The notes: generated from the letters alone by a model not told the origin. Positions 27,430-38,810 are shown, numbered from the stretch's first letter. The stretch is 64,000 nucleotides of DNA from Candidatus Sulfomarinibacteraceae bacterium (GCA_963796455.1 CAWCLO010000004.1:256001-320000), one strand, 5' to 3'. Program-made: numbers and translations.

Positions 27430-28692
27430 CTATTCCTGACTTTCGAGGCGGGCACGACGGTTGGCATCGATTTCTCTGGAGGCCCTGACGCCACGGTGTC
27501 GGAGCGAAAAGACCACCAGTCGTTTGCGGTCCATCGTAAAGAACTTTTTGCCGTACCTCGAGAGGGCCTGGCGGTCGACCCCGAATCCCAGACCTGGAGC
27601 GCTTGGAATCTGCAGGGTCCCGCGATCGTGATCAAATGCTTTCTGAAGGATGCCGTCGCGGGCCTCCACGGTCCATCCGGGTGGCGCCAGCGGATACTCC
27701 AGTTCGCGTTCGCCGGCGAAGCCCGAGGCGGCGAAGAGCTGGAGGTTGACGGCGAAGCCGATCCCGTTAGTCCAGGTGTGGGGCGAGTAGGCGAGGCCGT
27801 TGTTTCGGCAACAACGGGCGATCTCGATGGTCTGGGCGATGCCGCCGGTGAAGACGGCGTCGGGCTGAAAGATGTCGTAACAACGATTCTCGATCATCAT
27901 CTCCAGTTCCGGCAGACCGGAGCCGTGGAGCTCGCCCCCGGCAATGGGCACCCGGCTGTATCGGGTCAACGCGGTCAGGTCTTTGTACCGGTCCATGGCC
28001 AGAGGTTCTTCGATCCATGCGATCCCGAGATCCGCGCAGGCATCGGCGAATCGTTCGGCCCGATCGAGATCCCATTTCGGGGCATCGGAGACGATGGTCA
28101 CCCGCCACCCCTGGTTGGCATCGACCGCGAGCTTGACGCGATCGCCGAATGCTTCCGCGGTCTCCCTCACCTGTCGGATGTCGACCGCCTCGTCAAAATC
28201 GTGGACCCTGAGCTTGACTGTGGTAAAGCCTTCGTCCAGACGCGCCTCGACTTCGGCGATACGTTCCTTCGGCTCCTTGACCTCGCCTGTCGATGCGTAG
28301 AGGCGGATGGTACCGGGCGTGCCTCCGAGCAGTTCCCAGACCGGTTTGTCCTCGATCTTGCCTTTGATGTCCCAGAAGGCGGGTTCGATCCACCAGTTGC
28401 GCCAGCCGAGGTATGAGATCTCGCGCAGGCGTTGTTGAATGAGGTCGATGTCAGTCGCGTCTTCACCGATGAGATACGGCCCGAGCACATCTCCGAGCCC
28501 GGCCCGTTCGCGGCCGATTGCAGGTCCCGCGCTATAACCCTCGACGCCTTCCCCGGTGGTTATCTTGACCAGGGTGAAGCGATTTTCGTTCGCCGGCATG
28601 CCCGGGATCCAGGCCGGTCGGAAGGTTGCCGGCAGCGGAATGGCAACGTGATAGAGCTCGACCTTCGCAACACGGTTCTGTTTGTTGCTCAT
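27430..28692 (-). CDS. Mandelate racemase/muconate lactonizing enzyme (enolase superfamily)
   Basis: AFWDIKGK..PVWELLGG, KLR, metal ligands DAN/EEP/GGE, QPD, GLG. Confidence 0.9.
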   Translation of the reverse strand: MSNKQNRVAKVELYHVAIPLPATFRPAWIPGMPANENRFTLVKITTGEGVEGYSAGPAIGRERAGLGDVLGPYLIGEDATDIDLIQQRLREISYLGWRNWWIEPAFWDIKGKIEDKPVWELLGGTPGTIRLYASTGEVKEPKERIAEVEARLDEGFTTVKLRVHDFDEAVDIRQVRETAEAFGDRVKLAVDANQGWRVTIVSDAPKWDLDRAERFADACADLGIAWIEEPLAMDRYKDLTALTRYSRVPIAGGELHGSGLPELEMMIENRCYDIFQPDAVFTGGIAQTIEIARCCRNNGLAYSPHTWTNGIGFAVNLQLFAASGFAGERELEYPLAPPGWTVEARDGILQKAFDHDRGTLQIPSAPGLGFGVDRQALSRYGKKFFTMDRKRLVVFSLRHRGVRASREIDANRRARLESQE

Positions 28693-28740
28693 GGGAAAAC
28701 CTTAGCACTGAAGGACTCCGATTCTCTGGTTCGGTCGAAA

Positions 28741-30090
28741 AACCACCAAGACACCAAGGAGTCACACCAAGAAAACCACGGAGGCACGGAGACACAGAGA
28801 GAGAACGCCCGCAGATCACGCAGATGGACGCAGATCCATCGCAACACGAACCGCCGCAAACACGAAGACACAAAGACACCAAGGAGCCACACCAAGAAAA
28901 CCACGGAGGCACGGAGACACAGAGAGAGAGAACGCCCGCAGATCACGCAGATGGACGCAGATTGATCATCGCTATCGCTATCGCTATCGCTATCGCTATC
29001 GACTGGAGACGAACCGGAATTACCCACAGATGGACCCAGAGACAGCCACGAACGTCGCAACCACGAAGACACAAAGACACGAAGGAGTCACACCAAGAAA
29101 ACCACGGAGGCACGGAGACACAGAGAGGGAACACAGAGAGCTGGCGCAAAGGCCCACAGAACAAACAGAAAAACACAGAAGCCATCGCAAAGGCACGACC
29201 GGAGTGCAGCCGGGACGGCTGCACCACCATGGTGGTGCACGCGTCTCGCGTGCACATGGTTGAGCCGCAAAGAACGCAAAGCGCAAAGACGCCAAGGCGC
29301 GGTTGGCGAATTGTGCGAGGGTGCCGTCAGTGTCGGCAGATCGACAGACGATCTCCGATCGCCCGTCGCCGGTGAGAAGCGGGGAGACTCCGACCGCCAG
29401 CGCTCGGAGTCACCCCGCTTCCCACCGCCCGGCACGCCTCCGGCATGCGGTTCTGCCTTGCATCGGTGACATCCTGCCTTGATTGAAGGAAAGGGGAGGA
29501 GGGCGGCGAGACCTGCGCGACTGCGCAGGCCGCTGGGTCAGGAAACCACGACGAAAGCTTGTTTTCGGGGTGGTTTCCTGACCCAGCGGTACCTGGCCGC
29601 CCTTGGCGGCCAGGATCTCGCCGGGCGGAGGCTTCTCACGGGAAGTCCTCTGCGTCTCCGCGACTCTGCGCCTCTGCGTTTCAATACACTTTTGGCGATA
29701 TGGATCCAGCAGCTCGGTTGCCATTGCGCCTTGGCGTCTTTGCGCCTTTGCGTTGAAGACCCCTACGCTGACGCCGTTCGACTCCAGAGATGGCCGATGT
29801 CTTCGCAATCAGGCTGTCATCTGCGTCTATCTGCGTGATCTGCGGGCTACTCGCGCTGTGTTGCGATGGTTTCTGTGTTTTTCTGTGTGTTCTGTGGGTC
29901 CGGTTTCGTCGCTCCGCGGCTACGCCGTGACAAACGCCTTGGTGGCGCCTTTGCGTTAAAAAACCCCTACGCTGACGCCGTTCGACTCCAGAGATGGCCG
30001 ATGCCTTCTCAATCAGGCTGTCATCTGCGTCTATCTGCGTGATCTGCGGTTTTGCGATGGCGCCGTGTTGCCTTCGTGGTTGCGACGGCC
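28741..30090. repeat. 1.35-kb composite intergenic repeat island (T-poor 8-9-mer tracts, REP hairpins, internal direct and inverted repeats)
   Basis: Three tandem copies of the CACACCAAGAAAACCACGGAGGCACGGAGACACAGAGAG unit; (ATCGCT)n tract; 29742-29845 repeated at 29945-30049; 29054-29738 homologous to 62900-63399. Confidence 0.9.
29504..29623. other. Perfect four-way-junction (cloverleaf) foldback element
   Basis: 8-bp closing stem plus three hairpins with 7-, 20- and 10-bp perfect stems. Confidence 0.7.
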
Positions 30091-30101
30091 CGACTCGGTG
30101 C

Positions 30102-31784
<1,683 letters not shown>

Positions 31785-31916
31785 ACGGCATAGTGTACTT
31801 CAGACGCGACCAACCCGAATTGCAGACACCGGGCTGACGCCGCAGTGTGACTTTCGGCTGTGGACCGGCACTGCTAATCTTCACCGCCTCGAGATTGAGT
31901 GAGGGAACAAAGCCTG

Positions 31917-33503
31917 ATGACAAAACGGATCGGTATTTTTGGTTGGGGGGTCGTGGCCCCGAGATCTCCAGACATCGAGACCTTTGAAACGAATCTGCGC
32001 AAGGCCACGAGTTGGCTCGAACCCTTCGACGGTTTCGGACCGAGCAACTTTCTCGTAGGTCGGCCCGACTTCGATTTCCAGGTCTACAGGCCGTGGATCG
32101 ACGAGCATTTTGAACCGCGGCGGTTCTCGACTCTCGATTCAAAAATGGGCAACACCGTCAAGTACGCTATCGGCGCCTTTATCCAGGCCCTCGGCCAGAA
32201 TCCCGGCATCGACGGATTGTTGCGGGAACTCGGTGGGAGGGCGCATATTTATGTGGGCACCGCCCTCGGCGATTTTCCTCTCCAGTACGAACACGTCGTG
32301 TCCTACTACCACGCCCAACGGAGGTGGAACAGATTCTGGTGTTCAGACGACCAGCACTCAGAGCTCGCCGACTATCGTCGGTCGTCAATGGATCGACAAG
32401 AGGAGCTTCGCGCTCAACTGGGAGCACCGGAAGACCCCGGTGAGCTCGACACTCGGAACGAGTGTTTTGACGAAGTGAGTGAGGCCTGGGATGCCTTCTG
32501 GATCGATCGTTCGGATGGTTTGCAGACATATCTCGAGAGACTCCGTGAAATCGAGGGCGAAGGCATCATCGGCGATATCGAAAACGGCAAAGGGCGGGTG
32601 ATTCGCCACAAGATGGCGACCCGCCGCAAACTCAACGCCGAGTTCGGTTGTCCCACCGAACCGTGGAACGCCGTCGACCCGAATCTTCTGTGGAACATCC
32701 CGAATATTCCGGCGTCCCAGATCTCGATGTTGGCTCACATCACTGGTCCGGCGATCGCACCTGTTGCTGCCTGCTCCGGTTTTATCGTTTCGCTCAAGCT
32801 GGCAATCGACGCGATTCGGTCCGGCCAGGCGACCGCAGCGGTGATCGGCATGACCGATCCCGAGCCCCACGCCCTCTCGGTCGGCGCATTTTTTGGTGCA
32901 AGAGTTCTTTCCCACGACGGTCGGGTGTCGAAACCCTTCACCGGGATGCGGGGCACTCATGTTTCAGGAGGCGCCTGCGTCTGGATCGTCGGTGATGCCG
33001 ATGAATTGATGGCGCGTGGCTACACACCTGTAGGCCTCGAAATTCTCGGTGTCGGATTGTCGTCGGATGCCGATCACATCATTACCCCCTCGCAAGAGGG
33101 TCCACGGATCGCGATCCGCGAGGCGATCGCCGACGCCGGGATCGCGACCGAGGATGTGGCGACATGGGATATGCACGCTACGGCCACTCCCGGAGACTGG
33201 AGCGAACTCCAGAACACCCTTGCGGTCCTGCCGGGATCCATGGCGATGACCGCGCGGAAAGGCTCATTCGGCCACGGTATGTCGGTGAGCGGCGGCTGGG
33301 AACTGACCGCTCAGCACCTCGGTTTTTCGAAAGGCGAACTGCATCCGGTGAACCTGGTGGGCGATGAGGTCCACGATCAGATCCGTCCGTACTACCATCG
33401 TCTCGTACAGGATGAAGCCCAATCGACGACGGGTGATGTTGCGGGCAAGATCAACATGGGTGTCGGCGGGATCAATGCGTGCGCCATTTGCAGGCGCTGG
33501 TAA
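31917..33503 (+). CDS. Beta-ketoacyl synthase (FabF-like condensing enzyme) with a large insertion
   Basis: IFGWGVVAP, catalytic Cys (AACSG), SSDADHIITP, DMHATAT, KGSFGH, MGVGGIN. Confidence 0.85.
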   Translation: MTKRIGIFGWGVVAPRSPDIETFETNLRKATSWLEPFDGFGPSNFLVGRPDFDFQVYRPWIDEHFEPRRFSTLDSKMGNTVKYAIGAFIQALGQNPGIDGLLRELGGRAHIYVGTALGDFPLQYEHVVSYYHAQRRWNRFWCSDDQHSELADYRRSSMDRQEELRAQLGAPEDPGELDTRNECFDEVSEAWDAFWIDRSDGLQTYLERLREIEGEGIIGDIENGKGRVIRHKMATRRKLNAEFGCPTEPWNAVDPNLLWNIPNIPASQISMLAHITGPAIAPVAACSGFIVSLKLAIDAIRSGQATAAVIGMTDPEPHALSVGAFFGARVLSHDGRVSKPFTGMRGTHVSGGACVWIVGDADELMARGYTPVGLEILGVGLSSDADHIITPSQEGPRIAIREAIADAGIATEDVATWDMHATATPGDWSELQNTLAVLPGSMAMTARKGSFGHGMSVSGGWELTAQHLGFSKGELHPVNLVGDEVHDQIRPYYHRLVQDEAQSTTGDVAGKINMGVGGINACAICRRW

Positions 33504-33571
33504 TCGATCCCCCTGCTGCCGGAAACATGTAGGCCGCTCGCGCGTTAGTTGATTTGAAAAGGTGGCCAACA

Positions 33572-34426
33572 ATGTCACAAGAATTCAACCGGTTTTCGGG
33601 CACCGAGAGCTACATCACATCGCCGGAGTTGCGGCATGCGGTCAATGTGGCTGCCGCGATTTCACGGCCGCTGTTGGTCCGGGGCGAACCCGGTACCGGC
33701 AAGACCCTGCTCGCCACTGCCGTCGCTGAGGACCTCGGGCTCGAGCTACTGACCTGGAACGTCAAGTCGACGTCGAAGGCAGCCGATGGGCTTTACGTCT
33801 ACGACACCGTCAAACGGCTGCAGGACAGCCGCTTTGGTGACCGCGATGTGTCCGACATCCGGCAGTACATCGATTTCGGCCCGCTCGGGAGGGCGCTGAC
33901 GAGCGCAGAGCAGGTGGTGCTGTTGATCGATGAAATCGACAAGGCCGACCTCGAATTTCCAAACGATCTGCTGCACGAGTTGGATGTGATGGAGTTCACC
34001 GTCACCGAGACCGGAGACAGCCACCGGGCGATACAACGCCCCATCGTGATCATCACCTCCAACGCAGAAAAAGAACTTCCCGATCCGTTCTTGAGACGCT
34101 GCGTGTTTCATTTCATCGAGTTTCCGGGTGAGGAATTGATGGCTGAAATCGTCCGCGTCCACCACCCGAAGATCGTCGAGTCGCTGCTCGAACAAAGCCT
34201 GGCGAAGTTTTTTTGGTTGCGTCAGGTCAAGGGCCTGCGAAAAAGGCCGTCGACCTCGGAACTCATCGACTGGATCGGAGCCTTGATCGCAGCCGGTGTG
34301 CAGCCGGGGCACATCGCCAAAGAGATTCCCTTTCTCGGGGCCTTGATCAAAAAGGAAGAAGACGTCGAGGCCACGGTCAAGGCCCATGCCGGCGCTTCCG
34401 GTCGCTGGCCCACCGGCGATGCCTGA
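33572..34426 (+). CDS. MoxR family AAA+ ATPase
   Basis: GEPGTGKT, LLIDEIDKADLEFPNDLL, ITSNAEKELPDPFLRRC. Confidence 0.95.
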   Translation: MSQEFNRFSGTESYITSPELRHAVNVAAAISRPLLVRGEPGTGKTLLATAVAEDLGLELLTWNVKSTSKAADGLYVYDTVKRLQDSRFGDRDVSDIRQYIDFGPLGRALTSAEQVVLLIDEIDKADLEFPNDLLHELDVMEFTVTETGDSHRAIQRPIVIITSNAEKELPDPFLRRCVFHFIEFPGEELMAEIVRVHHPKIVESLLEQSLAKFFWLRQVKGLRKRPSTSELIDWIGALIAAGVQPGHIAKEIPFLGALIKKEEDVEATVKAHAGASGRWPTGDA

Positions 34427-35663
34427 GCCGATCCCTGCCGCCGACCACGACCCAGCGGGGATCTTCCTGTCCTTCTTCTACCGGTTGCGGGCGCACGGGC
34501 TTCGAGTAACTCCTCACCAATGGCTGACCCTGGTCGAGGGTCTCGTCAAAGGTCTCCACGCATCGTCGCTGATGGGTTTCTATTCGCTGGCGCGCGCCAT
34601 TCTGGTCAAGGACGAGTCCGAACTCGATGACTTCGATCAGTGTTTTGCGGCTCATTTCGAAGGCGCAACCATCGAAATCCAGAAAATCGAAGACGAGGTG
34701 TGGCGGTGGCTTGATTCTCCGGTGCCTCCGATGGCGGCGGATTCCGATTGGAACAAGGTCTTCGATGTTGTCGATGTCGATGCCTTGCGAGCTGAACTGG
34801 AACGGAGGCTGGCGGAGCAGACCGAGCGCCATGAGGGTGGAAGCTATTGGGTAGGTACCGGCGGCACCTCCGCCTTCGGCCACTCCGGTGATCACCCGGG
34901 CGGAATCCGTGTCGGGGGCGACCACGGGGCCGGCACGGCGGTGCAGGTCGCCGCTGAACGACGCTTTGCCGAGCATCGGAAGGATCTGGTGCTCGATACG
35001 CGCCAGCTCAGTGTCGCGCTCAAAAAGCTGCGTGCACTGGAGCGAACCGGACCTGCCGACGAGCTCGATCTCGAGGACACGATCGACCGGACGGCGCGCG
35101 AAGGCGGCCTGCTCGAGTTGGTCTTCAAACCGCCCCGTGAAAACAAGCTGTCGGTGCTGTTGGCGATGGATATCGGCGGTTCGATGTGGCCGTTCAAACA
35201 CCTGGTCGACACCCTCTTTTCGGCCGCCCACCAGGCGCGGCACTTCAAGACCTTCGACCACGTCTATTTTCACAACTGCATCTACGAGCGGGTTTACGGC
35301 AACGCCAGGTTCAGCGAAAAGATCCGGCTCCGCGACCTCTTTCGGAAGTACGACCGCGAAACCCGGTTGGTGCTGGTCGGCGATGCCTATATGTACCCGG
35401 GGGAGTTGACCAGTCGTTTCGGCGCGGTGGATTGGACCGAGCGCAATGAACGGCCCGGCGTCGAGTATCTCGGTCTCATTCGCGACCACTTCAAACATTG
35501 TGCGTGGCTCAACCCGATGCAGATGGAGTCGTGGTCTGCACCATCCATACGGTTGATTCGCGAGATTTTTCCGATGTACCCGCTCACCGTCCATGGTGTG
35601 GAGGAGCTGGCAAAAGACCTTGCCGTCGGCGCCTCTGCAACAAAACCTCGATCTCTCGTTTGA
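34419..35663 (+). CDS. VWA/CoxE-like partner of MoxR
   Basis: LVKDESELDDFD, WVGTGGTSAFGHSG, MIDAS-like DIGGSM, YFHNCIY, VGDAYM.PGEL. Confidence 0.92.
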   Translation: MPEPIPAADHDPAGIFLSFFYRLRAHGLRVTPHQWLTLVEGLVKGLHASSLMGFYSLARAILVKDESELDDFDQCFAAHFEGATIEIQKIEDEVWRWLDSPVPPMAADSDWNKVFDVVDVDALRAELERRLAEQTERHEGGSYWVGTGGTSAFGHSGDHPGGIRVGGDHGAGTAVQVAAERRFAEHRKDLVLDTRQLSVALKKLRALERTGPADELDLEDTIDRTAREGGLLELVFKPPRENKLSVLLAMDIGGSMWPFKHLVDTLFSAAHQARHFKTFDHVYFHNCIYERVYGNARFSEKIRLRDLFRKYDRETRLVLVGDAYMYPGELTSRFGAVDWTERNERPGVEYLGLIRDHFKHCAWLNPMQMESWSAPSIRLIREIFPMYPLTVHGVEELAKDLAVGASATKPRSLV

Positions 35664-35711
35664 TCAACCGGTCCATTCCCGCTATCATCACGGGGACCTT
35701 CAGCGATCATC

Positions 35712-36428
35712 ATGCGAGTTATGCTTCTGCAGTCTCGTTTTCTTTCGGACCCGATGCTCTTCCACGAGCGCCGGTGTTTTGCGCTTTCCACCGGGCTCGC
35801 GAACGGCGAACTGGTGGCGAGGAACGTCTTTGCCAAGGTTCCGAGAATTGAAGAGGTGGCCTGTCAGGATGCCTTTATCATTGGCGGTTCCGGGGACTTT
35901 TCGGTTGTGGAACGCGACCAGCCGTTTTTTGATCCGTTGATCGATTTGTTACGCGAGGTGGTGGACCGGGGCATCCCGACCTTCGGGTGTTGCTTTGGTT
36001 TCCAGCTTCTGGTGGATGCTCTGGGTGGGACTGTTATTCGCGATCCGGAGAATGCTGAAATCGGCTCGTACGAGGTTGAACTCACCGCAGACGGCCGGCG
36101 GGACGAAATATTCGGGCAACTCCCGGGATCTTTCATCGCCCAGGAAGGCCATTTCGATCGAGCCACCGAGCTTCCGCGGGGAGTGCGAAACCTCGTGACA
36201 AGCGAGCGCTGTCGCCTGCAGGCATTCCATCTCGAGAACAAACCGATCTGGGCCACCCAGTTCCACCCCGAGCTCGACGACCGGGGCAACCGGGACCGGT
36301 GTCTGGCCTATATCAAGGATTTCGGACAGATCGAGAGCTACCAGGCGTTGCCGAGCCCGCACGCGCTTTCGATCCTGCCCCGTTTTGTCGAGTTCGTCAG
36401 AGAACGTGCTTGGATCGCTATCGGATGA
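35712..36428 (+). CDS. Class I glutamine amidotransferase
   Basis: IIGGSG, GCCFGFQ nucleophile elbow, QFHPE. Confidence 0.9.
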   Translation: MRVMLLQSRFLSDPMLFHERRCFALSTGLANGELVARNVFAKVPRIEEVACQDAFIIGGSGDFSVVERDQPFFDPLIDLLREVVDRGIPTFGCCFGFQLLVDALGGTVIRDPENAEIGSYEVELTADGRRDEIFGQLPGSFIAQEGHFDRATELPRGVRNLVTSERCRLQAFHLENKPIWATQFHPELDDRGNRDRCLAYIKDFGQIESYQALPSPHALSILPRFVEFVRERAWIAIG

Positions 36429-37251
36429 AGGGGTCCGGCGCGAAAGATGAATTCGCGAAGCCTGTCGCCCTTTCGCGTCGGTCGAGCGCGTCCCGTTCCT
36501 CGGGGTTCGGCAGCACGCCGAGGTGGACGAGTTGTTCCCGGTACTCGTAACGCAATCTGAAATGCGCGGCAGATTGTTCTTCGAGATCCAGGCGGACCCT
36601 GCGGACTCGATGGTCGATCTCGCGGCCGATTCCCGTTGCAGCGAGGTCGTCGGCCCGCGATTTGTCGGCTGACTGTGGCGCCGCCTCGGCCGAGGGACGG
36701 GCTCGGCGACCCGCTCTCCCCGGCGGAGCCGGCGCCTTTCCGGATTCCGATTCGAGGATCAGCTCGGGTAAACGTTCACGAAACACCACGGCCTCGATGA
36801 CACCCAGGTTCGCGGTCTGACCGAGCCACTCGCCATAGGATTTCTCCTCGGTGGTGAAGAAAAAACGGCGGGCGGTTCCTGCACTTGTCTGCCAGCCGCT
36901 GATTGTTGTCGATTCGAAAGGACCCAGAACCCATTTGCTCGCCTGCAGAGGGTCAGTGTGTTTTGCATCGATCGAGTTCAGCCCGTCGATAGCGAGTGCG
37001 ACCGCGATCCTCCGGCCGGTCCGGTTGGTCAATCTGACTTCGTATTCACGTCCTTCGTGAGCCTCGATGTAGGCGGTGCCCTTGGCGACATATTCGGTGA
37101 GGGGCTGCCCACCGACGAGGACTTCCATCTGGCAGACCGGGGAGGGCGCCGGGGAGAATTCGTGAGCGGGCACCGAAGAGATTGCTGCGCCCGCGACGAG
37201 CGCGAGAACCGCCACGGTGTAGATATGGAGCAAAGAGTTTTTGGATTTCAT
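36418..37251 (-). CDS. Secreted conserved hypothetical protein
   Basis: GGAG RBS, signal peptide, YEVRLTN..IDGLN..ISGWQ..F.FT..NLGVI pattern. Confidence 0.7.
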   Translation of the reverse strand: MKSKNSLLHIYTVAVLALVAGAAISSVPAHEFSPAPSPVCQMEVLVGGQPLTEYVAKGTAYIEAHEGREYEVRLTNRTGRRIAVALAIDGLNSIDAKHTDPLQASKWVLGPFESTTISGWQTSAGTARRFFFTTEEKSYGEWLGQTANLGVIEAVVFRERLPELILESESGKAPAPPGRAGRRARPSAEAAPQSADKSRADDLAATGIGREIDHRVRRVRLDLEEQSAAHFRLRYEYREQLVHLGVLPNPEERDALDRRERATGFANSSFAPDPFIR

Positions 37252-37414
37252 CGGCTTCTCCTTTGTTGTCGCCCTCGTCAAAAGGGTGAGAGCAGCAATC
37301 GCTCTTCGAGTTCCAGGCAACATGTCAAAGCATTACTTTTTGATTCTTGTTCTCAAAATTATGATAGGGTCTTGAATGTCCAATTCATGAAATCCAGAGT
37401 GGTGGGAGTAGGCC

Positions 37415-38406
37415 ATGCAGCGAGTTCGAGGCAGCTTTTTTTGTCTTCTGAGCCTCATCATCCTTTCGATCGCGGTGCCTGGAATTGCTGAGGAGCCGGA
37501 CGGCGAAGGGGTGGCCAAAGGCGATGACAATCGCGTCCTCATCGATTTCAGGCCCGGGAACTCACACAACACCATCAATCTGAGAAGGCGTGGTGCGGTT
37601 CCGGTTGCGATCTTGTCGACCGATGATTTCGACGCGCTGAGTGTTCAAGAAGATTCGGTGAGGTTTGGAAAGACCGGTTCGGAAGCCCCCTCGATCTGGA
37701 GTATGCAACGCGACGTCAATTGGGATGGTCTTGCTGATCGGGTGCTCTTCTTCAGAATCCGAGCCACGGGCATCAAGTGTTGGGATTCGGTGGTCTATCT
37801 CACAGGGTTGACCGAGGGAGGGGAGTGGGTGATCGGAAGCGATTTCATTTACACAGTTGGGTGCCGACACAAGCCGACTCCACGCCCCACGCGCCACCAC
37901 CCGACTCCAACCTGCACACCACTGCACCCGACTCCAACTCCCACGTGTTCACCGGATCACCCGACACCTACTCCGACCCCGATTCCTCCGACTCCAACTC
38001 CCACGTGTTCACCGGATCACTCGACGCCAACTCCGACCCCGATTCCTCCGACGCCGACAGCTACCGCCACCCCGACTCCGACTCCCATTGGACCGACACC
38101 GACTGCGACGCCGACGGACACTCCGACTCCGATTCCGCCGACGCCGACAGCGACGAACAGACGCCGATTCCACCAACGCCGACTCCGACTGCGACGGATA
38201 CCCCGACGCCGATTCCACCAACGCCGACTCCGACTGCGACGGATACCCCGACTCCGATACCTCCGACGCCGACCCCAACGGACACTCCGACGCCGATACC
38301 GCCGACCCCTACGCCGACGAACACTGAGACTCCGGGTGCGCCGACCCCTACTGCGACCTCAACTCCTTTGCCGACTCTGACACCGACGTCGACTCCGTTT
38401 CAGTGA
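37415..38406 (+). CDS. Secreted protein (IDFRPG..VPVAILS..DVNWDG domain) with a Pro/Thr-rich tail containing a frameshift near 38159
   Basis: Signal peptide; PT repeats continue in another frame after 38160 and end at TGA 38404-38406. Confidence 0.7.
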
Positions 38407-38492
38407 GGTGATCAACAGAAACGCGGCCGGTTGTCCGGCCGCGTCATGATTCGAGTAGCAAGGCTCGCGGAGTGTTTTCCGCGCTCCGGGTA

Positions 38493-38810
38493 TCAGCGGG
38501 CGAACAGAAGCAATGCGCCGATCAGCGCGGTCCCCGCGATCGCCAGCGTTCCGATGGCCACGATGGCGGCCACGGTGATGAGGCGGTTGGCGATCTGGCG
38601 TTTTGCCTCGGAGAAGGCTGCTGTCTGTGCCTCGGGGTTGACCGGTGGTGGTGGAGGGGCGGGCAGCCGCTGTTGCCACTTTTTTGCGAGGTCTGCCATC
38701 TCGATATCTTTTTCAAGATGGCTCTCGACAAGAGCTTTCGTATCGGGACTCGCCTCGCCGGCAAGATAAAGGGGCAAAAGATCGAGAATCACGTCACGGG
38801 TTGTTTCCAT
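38493..38810 (-). CDS. Putative anti-sigma factor (degenerate zf-HC2-like domain plus TM)
   Basis: VILDLLPLYLAGEAS..VESHL; C-terminal TM; overlaps the sigma gene stop. Confidence 0.8.
   Translation of the reverse strand: METTRDVILDLLPLYLAGEASPDTKALVESHLEKDIEMADLAKKWQQRLPAPPPPPVNPEAQTAAFSEAKRQIANRLITVAAIVAIGTLAIAGTALIGALLLFAR

Noticed and set aside
28741..29130. Three tandem repeats that could be taken for a CRISPR array
   Set aside because: Units are long, low-complexity and irregularly spaced, intervening sequence is itself repeated, and no cas genes are present
29504..29623. Cloverleaf as a tRNA or tmRNA
   Set aside because: No D-loop or T-loop consensus, no CCA end, and arm lengths are incompatible
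29742..30049. ~100-bp imperfect direct repeat as a diversity-generating retroelement TR/VR pair
   Set aside because: Non-coding, mismatches are not adenine-specific, and no reverse transcriptase is in the window
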